Of a DNA stretch of 64,000 nt, positions 9,957 to 19,279 are shown one piece after another (position 1 is the first letter of the stretch; each line of letters starts with the position of its first letter). Under the pieces are notes generated by a model, which ran no database searches, was not told where the DNA came from, and worked only from the letters and a program-made list of their open reading frames with translations. The stretch is from Candidatus Thalassarchaeaceae archaeon (lineage in GTDB: Archaea > Thermoplasmatota > Poseidoniia > Poseidoniales > Thalassarchaeaceae). The DNA lies in the NCBI GenBank assembly GCA_943841885.1, contig CALSZZ010000001.1:382253-446252 (forward strand), read 5' to 3'. A program made the position numbers and the translations under genes.

Positions 9957-10027
9957 GTGATTGACGATGGAAAGTAAATAGTAGAAAAACAATTCTATTA
10001 TAGAGGGATGAATATATACATATATCA

Positions 10028-10462
10028 CTAATTATTTATTTTAAGACTCATACCAATAGAACGTGGAGCTGTTAATTTGAATCCCCATTTTTCATAGAAA
10101 CCATTCACATCAGCTAGTAAGTTTATGTAGGCATATTTTTCAGCATTTTCATAGATATATTTCATGAGGGAATCCATTATCATCGTACCTCCTCCTTTGC
10201 CTTGCCATTCGATTTTTACGGCCATATCACATATCTGGAAAACAGTCCCTCCGTCTCCAATTATTCTACCCATTCCAACTACTTCACCAGTCTCTTCAAC
10301 TCTTAGAAGTACACAATACAACTCATTTCCTATTCCTTTTTCTGCCCCTTTTTGAGATCTAGGGGCCATTCCTGCAGAAGCGCGTAATTCTAGATATTCT
10401 TCTGGACTTGGCAACGATTCAATTATGCTAAAGATAATATTCCCTCCAAAATATTCAATCAA
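10028..10462 (-). CDS. GNAT family N-acetyltransferase
   Basis: VGMGRIIGDG, WQGKGGG acetyl-CoA motif, FYEKWGF. Confidence 0.88.
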   Translation of the reverse strand: MIEYFGGNIIFSIIESLPSPEEYLELRASAGMAPRSQKGAEKGIGNELYCVLLRVEETGEVVGMGRIIGDGGTVFQICDMAVKIEWQGKGGGTMIMDSLMKYIYENAEKYAYINLLADVNGFYEKWGFKLTAPRSIGMSLKINN

Positions 10463-10732
10463 ATATAATGTAAATTAGAATATGGATTATCCCAATGATA
10501 GAATAAGTATCTATTATTGCCTCCATTACTCAAAAACAACATATCCTCTCCATCCGGATAGTATTGATGTTAACATAATTAATATCATTATCAATGGTCT
10601 AAAGTTTCTCATGGCTTTGCGTCTTAATGAATAGATATAATCATTTTACCTACCGATATCATATTGATGAATGCAAGTTAAGTAATTTTGGAATGAGATA
10701 ATACTATAATCTTCATTCATTTACTCTGCACA

Positions 10733-11402
10733 ATGCATATATCGGCTAAGATATTTTTTTCCATCGGCGGAGTCCTACTAGTAATTGGAGTTATTATGAT
10801 TGGTTTGGGCGGTTCTTCAGTGAATGATGTTGGAAACTGGGATCCCATACAAGAAAGTGAATGGAATGGCGATAATGGGGACTACGCATATGAAGGAAAA
10901 GAAATGTTAGTGATGGTTAGAGATAGCGTTAGTTGTGAAAGCTTTGAAATGACTATGGAAAATGAAACAGGTACAATTACTTCTCTTGAGGTTAAATGTA
11001 CTGAAGAGAATTCAGCTATTCCAGAAGGGTATGAAGATGATCCTCCTGGATGGTACCATATGGCCTCCATTAACAGTTGGGAATACAGACAGGGGCAATT
11101 ATAGAATAGAGTCAAGTTCTGAAGTATATCTTGTAGATACTTGGAAAATTATAACGGACGAAATTGGTGAAGGTATATCCGTTTTCTTTAGTTTTGCATT
11201 CGGTGGCTTTACAATATGTTGTGGATTTTTCTTCTTGATAACAGGGGGAATTTTAGCTGTTGCAGTTAAGACACCTGAAAAACAACAGACGTATATTGAA
11301 CAATCAGAAGCAACAATAACAGTTACTTCTCCTTTAGAACAAGTTGAAAATATCTCAGAAGAGGTTTCTGGAAATTCAGGAGATCCCGAATGGTGGGGGT
11401 GA
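10733..11402 (+). pseudogene. frameshifted membrane protein (N-terminal TM, extracellular domain, C-terminal TM, acidic tail)
   Basis: ORFs 10733..11104 and 10962..11402 join into one protein (...EYRQGNYRIESS...) if one G is removed from GGGG at 11092-11095; could be a sequencing error. Confidence 0.7.
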
Positions 11403-11623
11403 AAAGGAAGAAGGTAATTGATAAACTACTTCTCATATCAAAATATATTGATATATTTTTCAATCTAAATAGTAGATTTATGAGGATGCATATGAATGAT
11501 TGAGTTTATCTTAAAAGGAATTAAAATCATAGATTAAAAAATTAAAATACAATAAAAAGATTAAAAAAATTGTATAATTTTAATACAATTCATAATAAAT
11601 AGTATAACTTTGTAACAACTTGC

Positions 11624-12493
11624 ATGGAGAAAGTTTTGGACAGAGTGTTTGATACTTTCATGGGAAGTGAATCAGATGAGATTGTACGAAAAATTGCAAT
11701 AGGATCAGCAATATTAGGTTTTATTACTCACCTTCTAATATGGGCATTATATGTTACAGATTTAATAAGTATTGAAGGAGATTCTGTGGAGTTAGTAAGT
11801 TCACCCCTATCTTCACTTTACACACCGTTTTCAATATTATTAGCATATGAAATATATGAATTAATTAGAACAATTCCGAATTCATTTTCTTCTGCTGTTG
11901 GGAAACAGTATGAAATAGCAACATTATTAGTTGTCAGAGATATTCTAAAAAGACTCTCTGTGATAGAACTTTCTGATGATTGGAAGATAGATGATGATTT
12001 AGGATTTTTACTCGTAGAATGTTGTGCATTTTTGGTCTTATTTTATACTTCACTAACATATTATAAAATAAGTAGCAACCTAGATCATGATGATAATATA
12101 TCAGATCATGTATCGTCATTCGTATCTACAAAAAAGGCCATTGCAAATGTGATGCTAATATTCTTTATAATAATAGCAATAATGTCACTAACCGGATGGA
12201 TATCTTCGGCAATGGAAGGAGGAGGTTCTGTCAATAGAGAGATATTTTTCTTAGATTTCTTCACATTTCTAATTCTAGCAGATATATTGATACTATTAAT
12301 GTCTTATTGGTTTTACACTGATTTTGGCAATCTTGCAAGAAATACTGGTTTTGTATTATCCACAGTCATCATTAGAGTGGCAATATCATCAACAGGTGTC
12401 TCCTCAATGATTTTATTTGCCCTAAGTGGGTTCCTAGGTATTATGATATTAAGAATTTCTAATAATGTTAATTTAGCAAATATTTCAGAATAG
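11624..12493 (+). CDS. hypothetical multi-pass membrane protein
   Basis: 289-aa ORF with about 7 hydrophobic segments. Confidence 0.75.
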   Translation: MEKVLDRVFDTFMGSESDEIVRKIAIGSAILGFITHLLIWALYVTDLISIEGDSVELVSSPLSSLYTPFSILLAYEIYELIRTIPNSFSSAVGKQYEIATLLVVRDILKRLSVIELSDDWKIDDDLGFLLVECCAFLVLFYTSLTYYKISSNLDHDDNISDHVSSFVSTKKAIANVMLIFFIIIAIMSLTGWISSAMEGGGSVNREIFFLDFFTFLILADILILLMSYWFYTDFGNLARNTGFVLSTVIIRVAISSTGVSSMILFALSGFLGIMILRISNNVNLANISE

Positions 12494-12612
12494 AGATAAT
12501 ATTACATAATTATCTATCTCATATTTTTGTAAGATGGAGTCAGTTAGTTCGAAATATGTGTAGAGTTTTTTATTTACATAAAGTTTAACAAAAAATTACA
12601 GGAAGAAGTATC

Positions 12613-13143
12613 GTGCTACCCTTTGAACTTACAGATAGTGCTAGGAAAAGAATAGACGAAATTGGAAAGGCTACAATGACATTTCGAGTTTGGGGAGACA
12701 ACCCTCCGGGTCACTTAGCCATCGAAGTTTTTTTTGAAGATATGAGATCTCCTCAGACTGATTATAGAGAATTTAAAGATGGAAAAATAATTGCATATAT
12801 TCCAACTAATCACTATGATTTTATTAGCGGAGTCACAGTTAATTTTTCAGAATGGAATGAAGAATATGAGTCAAATTATAAATCAAATATGACATTTAGC
12901 CATAGAGGATTTGAGTGTTTACCTCATCAAGTTGAAACATCTGAAATTCGGTTAAGTTGGTTTGAAGTAAACGATGTGATAAAAAAAATCTTTTCAATTA
13001 ATTTCGATCCACCATATAGTTTCCACAAAATAGCAGCTGCTAGTAATTATTTACGAGTTAAGAAAGAAGGTGAGGAAGAACTTCATGAAGTTTTATTCTC
13101 GTTTGGAGAATTAGAGGAAGCGATAAGGGAAGTTTTGAATTAA
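12613..13143 (+). CDS. hypothetical protein, weak IscA/HesB-like N-terminus and Nfu_N-like C-terminus
   Basis: FELTDSARKRI...FISGVTVNF pattern; lacks the Fe-S ligand Cys motifs. Confidence 0.5.
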   Translation: MLPFELTDSARKRIDEIGKATMTFRVWGDNPPGHLAIEVFFEDMRSPQTDYREFKDGKIIAYIPTNHYDFISGVTVNFSEWNEEYESNYKSNMTFSHRGFECLPHQVETSEIRLSWFEVNDVIKKIFSINFDPPYSFHKIAAASNYLRVKKEGEEELHEVLFSFGELEEAIREVLN

Positions 13144-13223
13144 AATTAAATGAATAATTAGTAAAATCAAAATTATTTTGATTATAATTTATCAATTCGC
13201 ATTAGTAGACGTTGAGGAAATAG

Positions 13224-14147
13224 TCAGTTTAAATTATCATTTGGATTAATAAAAGTTCTTATTATGGTTTGACAAGAAGCAATAAGAGTAAACATAGTTG
13301 CTGCAACTAAAGAGATTGCTGCGCCAGGTCCAGCATCATACTCTGCTGAAAGATATAGTCCTATAATGACTGAGCTAAGGCCAAATATTTGTGTCCAAAC
13401 TAAACATGATTTGAAACTACGGCCGATTAATTGAGCGGTTGATGCAGGCGTAACTAGTAATGCAGTAACCAATAATGCTCCGACAATTTTTACCATACTT
13501 ACAACCACTGCTGCAGTAATAATACTGAATAAGAGGCCTAGCCCTCTGACGGGGATTCCCTGTACTCTAGCAGACAATGGGTCAACTGAAATTGCTAGTA
13601 ATCCATTACGGGTATAGAATAATACAAATAGTGATAATATAGATACAATTGAAATATAATTTAGTTGATTTGTATTAATTAATAATTGAGAACCGAATAA
13701 GTAACTGTGAATTTCTGCCGTAATGGCACCTCCAGAGACCCTTAAGGCTACAAGTCCTAGTGATAGCACCCCTGTCATAAAAATGGCAATAGATGCATCT
13801 CCAGTTAGTATATTTCTTGATTGTAATTCATAAATTAAAATGGATGCAATAATACTAAACATCATAGCATACGCTAGCGGAGAGGTTGCACCGAGAACAA
13901 TTGCAATGGCAACACCACCAAATGATATGTGTGCTAATCCATCCCCAATTAATGCAAGATTTCTAATCAATAGAAATGTTCCAAGAAATCCCGCTACAAT
14001 TGTAACCAATATAGAAGCAATTAATGCTCGCTGTAAACTTGGAATATCACCATTAAAGAACATTGGGAAATATTCACCTGGCATTATAGGTGCAATATAA
14101 GATAAAAAAGGAGAAAATAAATCGATAATAAATGTATCAATTACCAC
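13224..14147 (-). CDS. znuB: Zn/Mn ABC transporter permease
   Basis: LIGDGLAHISFGG, SYLFGS and VGALLVTALLVTPA motifs of ABC-3 permeases. Confidence 0.88.
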   Translation of the reverse strand: MVIDTFIIDLFSPFLSYIAPIMPGEYFPMFFNGDIPSLQRALIASILVTIVAGFLGTFLLIRNLALIGDGLAHISFGGVAIAIVLGATSPLAYAMMFSIIASILIYELQSRNILTGDASIAIFMTGVLSLGLVALRVSGGAITAEIHSYLFGSQLLINTNQLNYISIVSILSLFVLFYTRNGLLAISVDPLSARVQGIPVRGLGLLFSIITAAVVVSMVKIVGALLVTALLVTPASTAQLIGRSFKSCLVWTQIFGLSSVIIGLYLSAEYDAGPGAAISLVAATMFTLIASCQTIIRTFINPNDNLN

Positions 14148-14956
14148 AATTTTCCCTCCTTTTCAACAGTTTGATCAGAATTATTATCATCTCCATGTAC
14201 ATGGTGAATGCCTCGTAAATTGGCAAGCTTTTCTAATTCCGGGAAATCTTCAGCGGGACCATCGAAATTAATTGTCTCTTCTAAGAAAATCATCCTATGT
14301 GCTGTTTGGCGTATAGCAGTTAAATCATGAGAAACCATCAGAATTGTTTTTCCACCGTCATGACATAGTTTATCTAGTAATTTTAATAAGGAATTTCTGG
14401 AATTGCGATCCATCCCAACTAATGGCTCATCAAATAAGATAAATTCAGCCTCAGTTGCAAGTGCACGAGCAATGACGGCGCGTTGGCGTTGCCCTCCGGA
14501 TAGTCTGGCAACGTCCATATTTTCGAAATCTTGTAATCCTACCATTTTGATTGCTAGATTCACTTTTTTTCGGCGTTTTTTATTTGATAAAGAAAATAAG
14601 TTTTTGGCATTCAAAGTACCCAAATGAACTAATTCGCGTACAGTGATACGAGTATCTTGAGGCAAATTTGCTGCAGCCTGAGAAACCCAACCAATTTTTC
14701 CATGAAGATTTCTTGAAAGAGGAGCGTAATCATAGACTTTGATATTACCTTTTTGTGGCTTCAAAACTCCAACAATAGATAGCAGTAGTGTTGACTTCCC
14801 ACTACCATTTGGCCCCACTAAACCAACAAACTCTCCTTTATTTATAGATAGATTGATTCCTTTTAAGACTAGTTTACCAGAACGAAAAACTGTTAAATTA
14901 TCTATTTTAAGAATCGGCACTTCTGAGGCATTTTGCCTTGATGGTACCGTTTTCAT
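14141..14956 (-). CDS. znuC: Zn/Mn ABC transporter ATP-binding protein
   Basis: GPNGSGKS Walker A, LSGGQRQR signature, FDEP Walker B, His-containing tail; operonic with permease. Confidence 0.88.
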   Translation of the reverse strand: MKTVPSRQNASEVPILKIDNLTVFRSGKLVLKGINLSINKGEFVGLVGPNGSGKSTLLLSIVGVLKPQKGNIKVYDYAPLSRNLHGKIGWVSQAAANLPQDTRITVRELVHLGTLNAKNLFSLSNKKRRKKVNLAIKMVGLQDFENMDVARLSGGQRQRAVIARALATEAEFILFDEPLVGMDRNSRNSLLKLLDKLCHDGGKTILMVSHDLTAIRQTAHRMIFLEETINFDGPAEDFPELEKLANLRGIHHVHGDDNNSDQTVEKEGKLW

Positions 14957-15079
14957 ATTAAGTCCAACCAAGATAAACTATTAGATTCATTGTATATCAA
15001 TGAATTTTTATGCCTTTCTAGCCAAATAAAATTCTACTATTAAATAACCAAATACACATAAGGAAATAACTGATATTAC

Positions 15080-15130
15080 GATGATTGGAAGGGTATCGAC
15101 CGTATGCATGTCTTCACCCTTCTTTTCATC
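15080..15130 (-). terminator. intercistronic stem-loop after znuA (terminator or mRNA-stabilising element)
   Basis: GATGA-ttg-GAAGGGT-atc-GAC...GTC-ttc-ACCCTTC-ttt-TCATC symmetric hairpin 22 nt downstream of the znuA stop. Confidence 0.55.
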
Positions 15131-15152
15131 ATTTATCATCTAATATTCCTAA

Positions 15153-18100
15153 TCAGCATCCTATTCCATCAACAAGATTGTTAAGATTCTTGTTCATCAT
15201 GGACAGGTAGTCATCGTTAACGTCACTTGGAGCCATTTCCATGGTATACAATATCTCTATTGATACTCCTGTATCTTCAACAATACTATTTACTGCGTTT
15301 TGGTTAGTATATTCTTCAACGAAAAGAACTGTTATTCCCTTTTCATTAATTGCCTCAGTAACTTTGATTATATCCTGTGGAGAAGGTTCTCCTTCAGGAT
15401 CTAATCCATGCAGAGTAATAATGTCGATATCATAGCTTACGGAAATGTAGGAGTATGCATTGTGGTTTGCTACTATTGTTTTATCGTGGCCTCCTGCAAC
15501 ACAAGTTCCACCTTCTCCGAATGCGTTCTCATAATTATTATCCAAAGTTTGCAATTGTGCTTTGTATGAATCAGCATTAGCGGTAAAATCACTAGTCCCC
15601 TCAGGGAAAGTTAAGATTAGTTTCTCTAGAACAACATTAAGTTGTGCTTCAAAAGCCTCTGGGTCGAGCCAGCTGTGAGGATCATATGTGAAAGACTCAC
15701 CATCCTCTGCAACTATTGAACTATCCCCGTCTTCATCACCATGATCGTCATGATCATCACCATGATCACTGTGATCATCATGAGCACCTGCTCCTTCTTG
15801 AGCGATTGGCTCAATATCGGTTCCTGCAGAGTCTTTCAGATAATGCGCATCACGCTCAAATTCGGTAGGTACGTATTGAGCATACATTGCCATACCTGAT
15901 ATTCCAGATGTATCAATAGTGAATAATGAATCATCTCCAGTACCAACATGTAATTCGAAACAGGAACCAGTCGCAGCAATTGAGGTCATGGTTTCTCCAT
16001 CTTCAACAACAGTACAATCTCCTTCTATTAGTGCTTCAACACCAGATTCTAGGGAGTGCATGTTCTCTTCAGTAGGTGAATCCGTTGGTATTAGTACAAG
16101 TCTCATAGTAGGATCAGCATAGTCGCCACCAACTTTCTGCATGGACCATGTATGAGTAGCGTCACTCATCTCGAACATACCTGCCCACTCGAAGGGACCA
16201 GCTCCATGGTCGTCATGATCTTCATGCCCTCCTTCTCCCTTCATTACAAAGATTTCAACATCTTTAGGTAAAGCAAACCCATAATCGCCCTCTGCCTCAA
16301 TATGGATAACAACTGCTCCCACTTCATGGTGTTCCTCTTCATCGGAGTGATTGTCTCCAGCAGTCCACATCAAGCCAGCAGCTTGACAGTCGGATTCAGT
16401 TGTAAGACTCATATTTACAGTGTGAGTACTCATGTCATAGCAGACCATTTCATCATGATCATCGTGGTCATCATGAGCGTGATCCATTTGACTCCAAGGG
16501 AATCCACCACAGCCAGTATCTAAGTCCGTAGCAATCGCGTTTTCAGCAGATAGTGCATCAGCCTCGGTTTCAGCAGCGTAAGTTGACTGGCAATAATACA
16601 GTTCTCCAGAGTCCCATGTCCAATCATATTTAGACCAAAGCCCAGGGCTCCATGAGGCTGCACCATTCTCCGCAACAGCCCACATCTCATCATTATCATA
16701 ATGAGTGATAGTATTATTATTCCAGGAATCAGAATCTATAATTTGACTTGAGTTCCATTCATCCATCCATTCTCCTTCAATAGAAATTGCCTCAAAGAAA
16801 GAAAGTGTATGTGCAACTAGTTCAGCATGGATTTCTCGTAGAACATGATCATCATGCCCTAACCACATGTCCCCTGCAGCTTCACACTCTTCCTCAGTTG
16901 ATTCATAGTTCTCATGTGCCTCTGCGTTATGGCACATTTCATCACCATGATCGTCATGATCATCACCATGATCACTGTGATCATCATGAGCACCTGCTCC
17001 TTCTTGAGCGATTGGCTCAATATCGGTTCCTGCAGAGTCTTTCAGATAATGCGCATCACGCTCAAATTCGGTAGGTACGTATTGAGCATACATTGCCATA
17101 CCTGATATTCCAGATGTATCAATAGTGAATAATGAATCATCTCCAGTACCAACATGTAATTCGAAACAGGAACCAGTCGCAGCAATTGAGGTCATGGTTT
17201 CTCCATCTTCAACAACAGTACAATCTCCTTCTATTAGTGCTTCAACACCAGATTCTAGGGAGTGCATGTTCTCTTCAGTAGGTGAATCCGTTGGTATTAG
17301 TACAAGTCTCATAGTAGGATCAGCATAGTCGCCACCAACTTTCTGCATGGACCATGTATGAGTAGCGTCACTCATCTCGAACATACCTGCCCACTCGAAG
17401 GGACCAGCTCCATGGCCATGGTCATGATGGTCATGATGAGCATGTCCTCCTAACATTTTGAGCACGGCCATATTGAAGTCTTCATCATGTTCTGACTCAA
17501 ACTCTAGAATGTGCTCTCCTTCTTCCATGTGAAATACCTGAATTGTTGTATCTGCCGGACAAGCCTCTGGGTTTTCGAAAGTCATCTCAGCTTCAGAGTG
17601 TTCATGGCCATCATGATCATCATGGTCATCATGGTCATCGGTATCATCATGGTCATCATGGTCCTCAGTATCATTATGATCATCATGGTCATCATGGTCA
17701 TCATGGTCATCCTCTGACATCATTGCAAGTGTAGTACTTTCGAATGGTCCATTATTCAATAGCTCACATAGGTTAGATACTAACATTGATTCATAATCGA
17801 GAGTAGTTTGCCCTGATGGCATTGCGTGTGTCATGTAGGAGGGAGGTGCATTATCAAGAGAGGAAAGTGTAGAATCTACCCAAGGCTCAAGATTTAATCC
17901 ATGATAGAAGAAAAGGTCGCTGTTTTGTAAACGAACTATATCTGCCACTGAAGGCTCGTAATCATGGACAGGAATATTATTTTGGCTCATGTATTCAACT
18001 TTTACATGATCTCCTGCTACTGCAGAAACTAATTCTCCGACATGGTATGTTGAAACCATTACATTACCAAAAGGTAAAATTTGGTCATCTGATGTTGTAT

Positions 18101-18239
18101 TATTACCAGTATCAGTATTGTCTTCAATATCGTTATCAGCAGGTAAAGGGGCATCTTCTTCAGCATCTAGGCACCCCGCCATGCTTGATATAATCATAAT
18201 CAAACTTACCATTAGTGCTCTATTCCATTGCGTGTTCAT
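15153..18239 (-). CDS. znuA: giant Zn/Mn ABC substrate-binding lipoprotein with His/Asp-rich multi-domain insertion
   Basis: SMAGC lipobox; cluster A-I motifs PVHDYEPS, YDPHSWLDP, NHNAYSY and EGEPSPQD; about 700-aa insert between the first and second His motifs. Confidence 0.88.
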   Translation of the reverse strand: MNTQWNRALMVSLIMIISSMAGCLDAEEDAPLPADNDIEDNTDTGNNTTSDDQILPFGNVMVSTYHVGELVSAVAGDHVKVEYMSQNNIPVHDYEPSVADIVRLQNSDLFFYHGLNLEPWVDSTLSSLDNAPPSYMTHAMPSGQTTLDYESMLVSNLCELLNNGPFESTTLAMMSEDDHDDHDDHDDHNDTEDHDDHDDTDDHDDHDDHDGHEHSEAEMTFENPEACPADTTIQVFHMEEGEHILEFESEHDEDFNMAVLKMLGGHAHHDHHDHGHGAGPFEWAGMFEMSDATHTWSMQKVGGDYADPTMRLVLIPTDSPTEENMHSLESGVEALIEGDCTVVEDGETMTSIAATGSCFELHVGTGDDSLFTIDTSGISGMAMYAQYVPTEFERDAHYLKDSAGTDIEPIAQEGAGAHDDHSDHGDDHDDHGDEMCHNAEAHENYESTEEECEAAGDMWLGHDDHVLREIHAELVAHTLSFFEAISIEGEWMDEWNSSQIIDSDSWNNNTITHYDNDEMWAVAENGAASWSPGLWSKYDWTWDSGELYYCQSTYAAETEADALSAENAIATDLDTGCGGFPWSQMDHAHDDHDDHDEMVCYDMSTHTVNMSLTTESDCQAAGLMWTAGDNHSDEEEHHEVGAVVIHIEAEGDYGFALPKDVEIFVMKGEGGHEDHDDHGAGPFEWAGMFEMSDATHTWSMQKVGGDYADPTMRLVLIPTDSPTEENMHSLESGVEALIEGDCTVVEDGETMTSIAATGSCFELHVGTGDDSLFTIDTSGISGMAMYAQYVPTEFERDAHYLKDSAGTDIEPIAQEGAGAHDDHSDHGDDHDDHGDEDGDSSIVAEDGESFTYDPHSWLDPEAFEAQLNVVLEKLILTFPEGTSDFTANADSYKAQLQTLDNNYENAFGEGGTCVAGGHDKTIVANHNAYSYISVSYDIDIITLHGLDPEGEPSPQDIIKVTEAINEKGITVLFVEEYTNQNAVNSIVEDTGVSIEILYTMEMAPSDVNDDYLSMMNKNLNNLVDGIGC
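15732..16209. repeat. 478-bp intragenic direct repeat, copy 1
   Basis: Matches 16938..17415 at offset 1206; no mismatch seen by eye. Confidence 0.92.
16938..17415. repeat. 478-bp intragenic direct repeat, copy 2
   Basis: Encodes the same HGAGPFEWAGMFE...HDDHGDE module as 15732..16209. Confidence 0.92.
17609..17712. repeat. degenerate 9-bp tandem repeat (TCATCATGG)n encoding (HDD)n
   Basis: Visible tandem array; protein reads DDHDDHDDHDDHNDTEDHDDHDD... Confidence 0.85.
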
Positions 18240-18329
18240 AGCCTCCTCGCCCTGCTATTAACTATTTAATTAATATTATTAAATATTCATTTGGTAATTA
18301 TTATTAACTCGTTCTTATCCGGCAAAAAT

Positions 18330-18755
18330 ATGAGTCAAATTATATCTTTTAGTACTGACAAAAAATTTGCAAATGACCTAGATAATATTATAGAAAAATC
18401 TGGATATCAAAATCGGAGCAGATTCCTTCGGGATGCTTCTTTATTTTTCGCAGATATGCAACAACGTGGAGAACTGATGAAGATGAAAGATGATGAAATA
18501 CTTGAAGGTCATTTAATAGTCTATTATCAACATGGAATCGAACATAAATTATTAGATATTAGGCATTCTAAAAAATTATCGATAAGTTCCTATAATCACA
18601 GTTGCCTAAAGCATAGTCATTCCTGTGTCGATATTCTTCAATCAATTGGGAGTGCAGAAGATTATCGCGAGATAATTAAACAATTACAAAATACTCCTAG
18701 TGTAGATAAGGTTCAATTTATTAGCGCTCCTTTGAGAGAAGAGGGTTGTTGTTAA
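18330..18755 (+). CDS. NikR-like (RHH + metal-binding domain) transcriptional regulator
   Basis: ISFS...GYQNRSRFLRDA ribbon-helix-helix; C-domain RH...SYNHSCL...CVDI; divergent from znuA. Confidence 0.8.
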   Translation: MSQIISFSTDKKFANDLDNIIEKSGYQNRSRFLRDASLFFADMQQRGELMKMKDDEILEGHLIVYYQHGIEHKLLDIRHSKKLSISSYNHSCLKHSHSCVDILQSIGSAEDYREIIKQLQNTPSVDKVQFISAPLREEGCC

Positions 18756-18821
18756 GAAAATTATTATATTTTTTGTATCATATACCAAATTCATAAAATA
18801 CCTGTTTTTGATGCAGCGATC

Positions 18822-19220
18822 ATGAGTAAAAAATTTTTTGTCAAAATAGTGACTGATCCGGAAGTAGATTTGAGGAAATGTGTAGTTGGATTAGCATGTG
18901 CATCTCAAGCGATTAAAGATGGACACGATGTTAGTATTTTCTTCGCTGCAAATGGGGTTAAAATGTTAAATTCAAGATATCTTAAAAGTATAAATCAAAT
19001 GGAAGTTTTTCCTAGTAATATGATTTTTGATATTCTAAATTCAGTCACCCAAGGTGCGATAAATGTTTATTGTTCAACTGGTTCCCAAGCAGCTAATGGA
19101 GTCACATCTGAGAATGCAGGAGAAAAGCTTCTCCAAGGTTATGAAAAATGGATGACATGGAGTGGTCCTCCTGGGGTAATTGAACTTAGTGCGGCTTCTG
19201 AAATCCAACTTATCTATTGA
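18822..19220 (+). CDS. DsrE family protein
   Basis: GHDVSIFFAANGV and VYCS motifs. Confidence 0.75.
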   Translation: MSKKFFVKIVTDPEVDLRKCVVGLACASQAIKDGHDVSIFFAANGVKMLNSRYLKSINQMEVFPSNMIFDILNSVTQGAINVYCSTGSQAANGVTSENAGEKLLQGYEKWMTWSGPPGVIELSAASEIQLIY

Positions 19221-19279
19221 TAAAGAATAATTAAATCATAGGGAGACTATTCAAGTAGAGTGAGACAGGAGGGAGTAAT

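Noticed and set aside
17609-17712. Short repeat array as a possible CRISPR
   Set aside because: 9-bp coding tandem repeat with no spacers and no cas genes
17511-17734. His-rich (HGHHDH) and Met/Ile-rich plus-strand ORFs
   Set aside because: Antisense shadows of the (HDD)n codons in znuA
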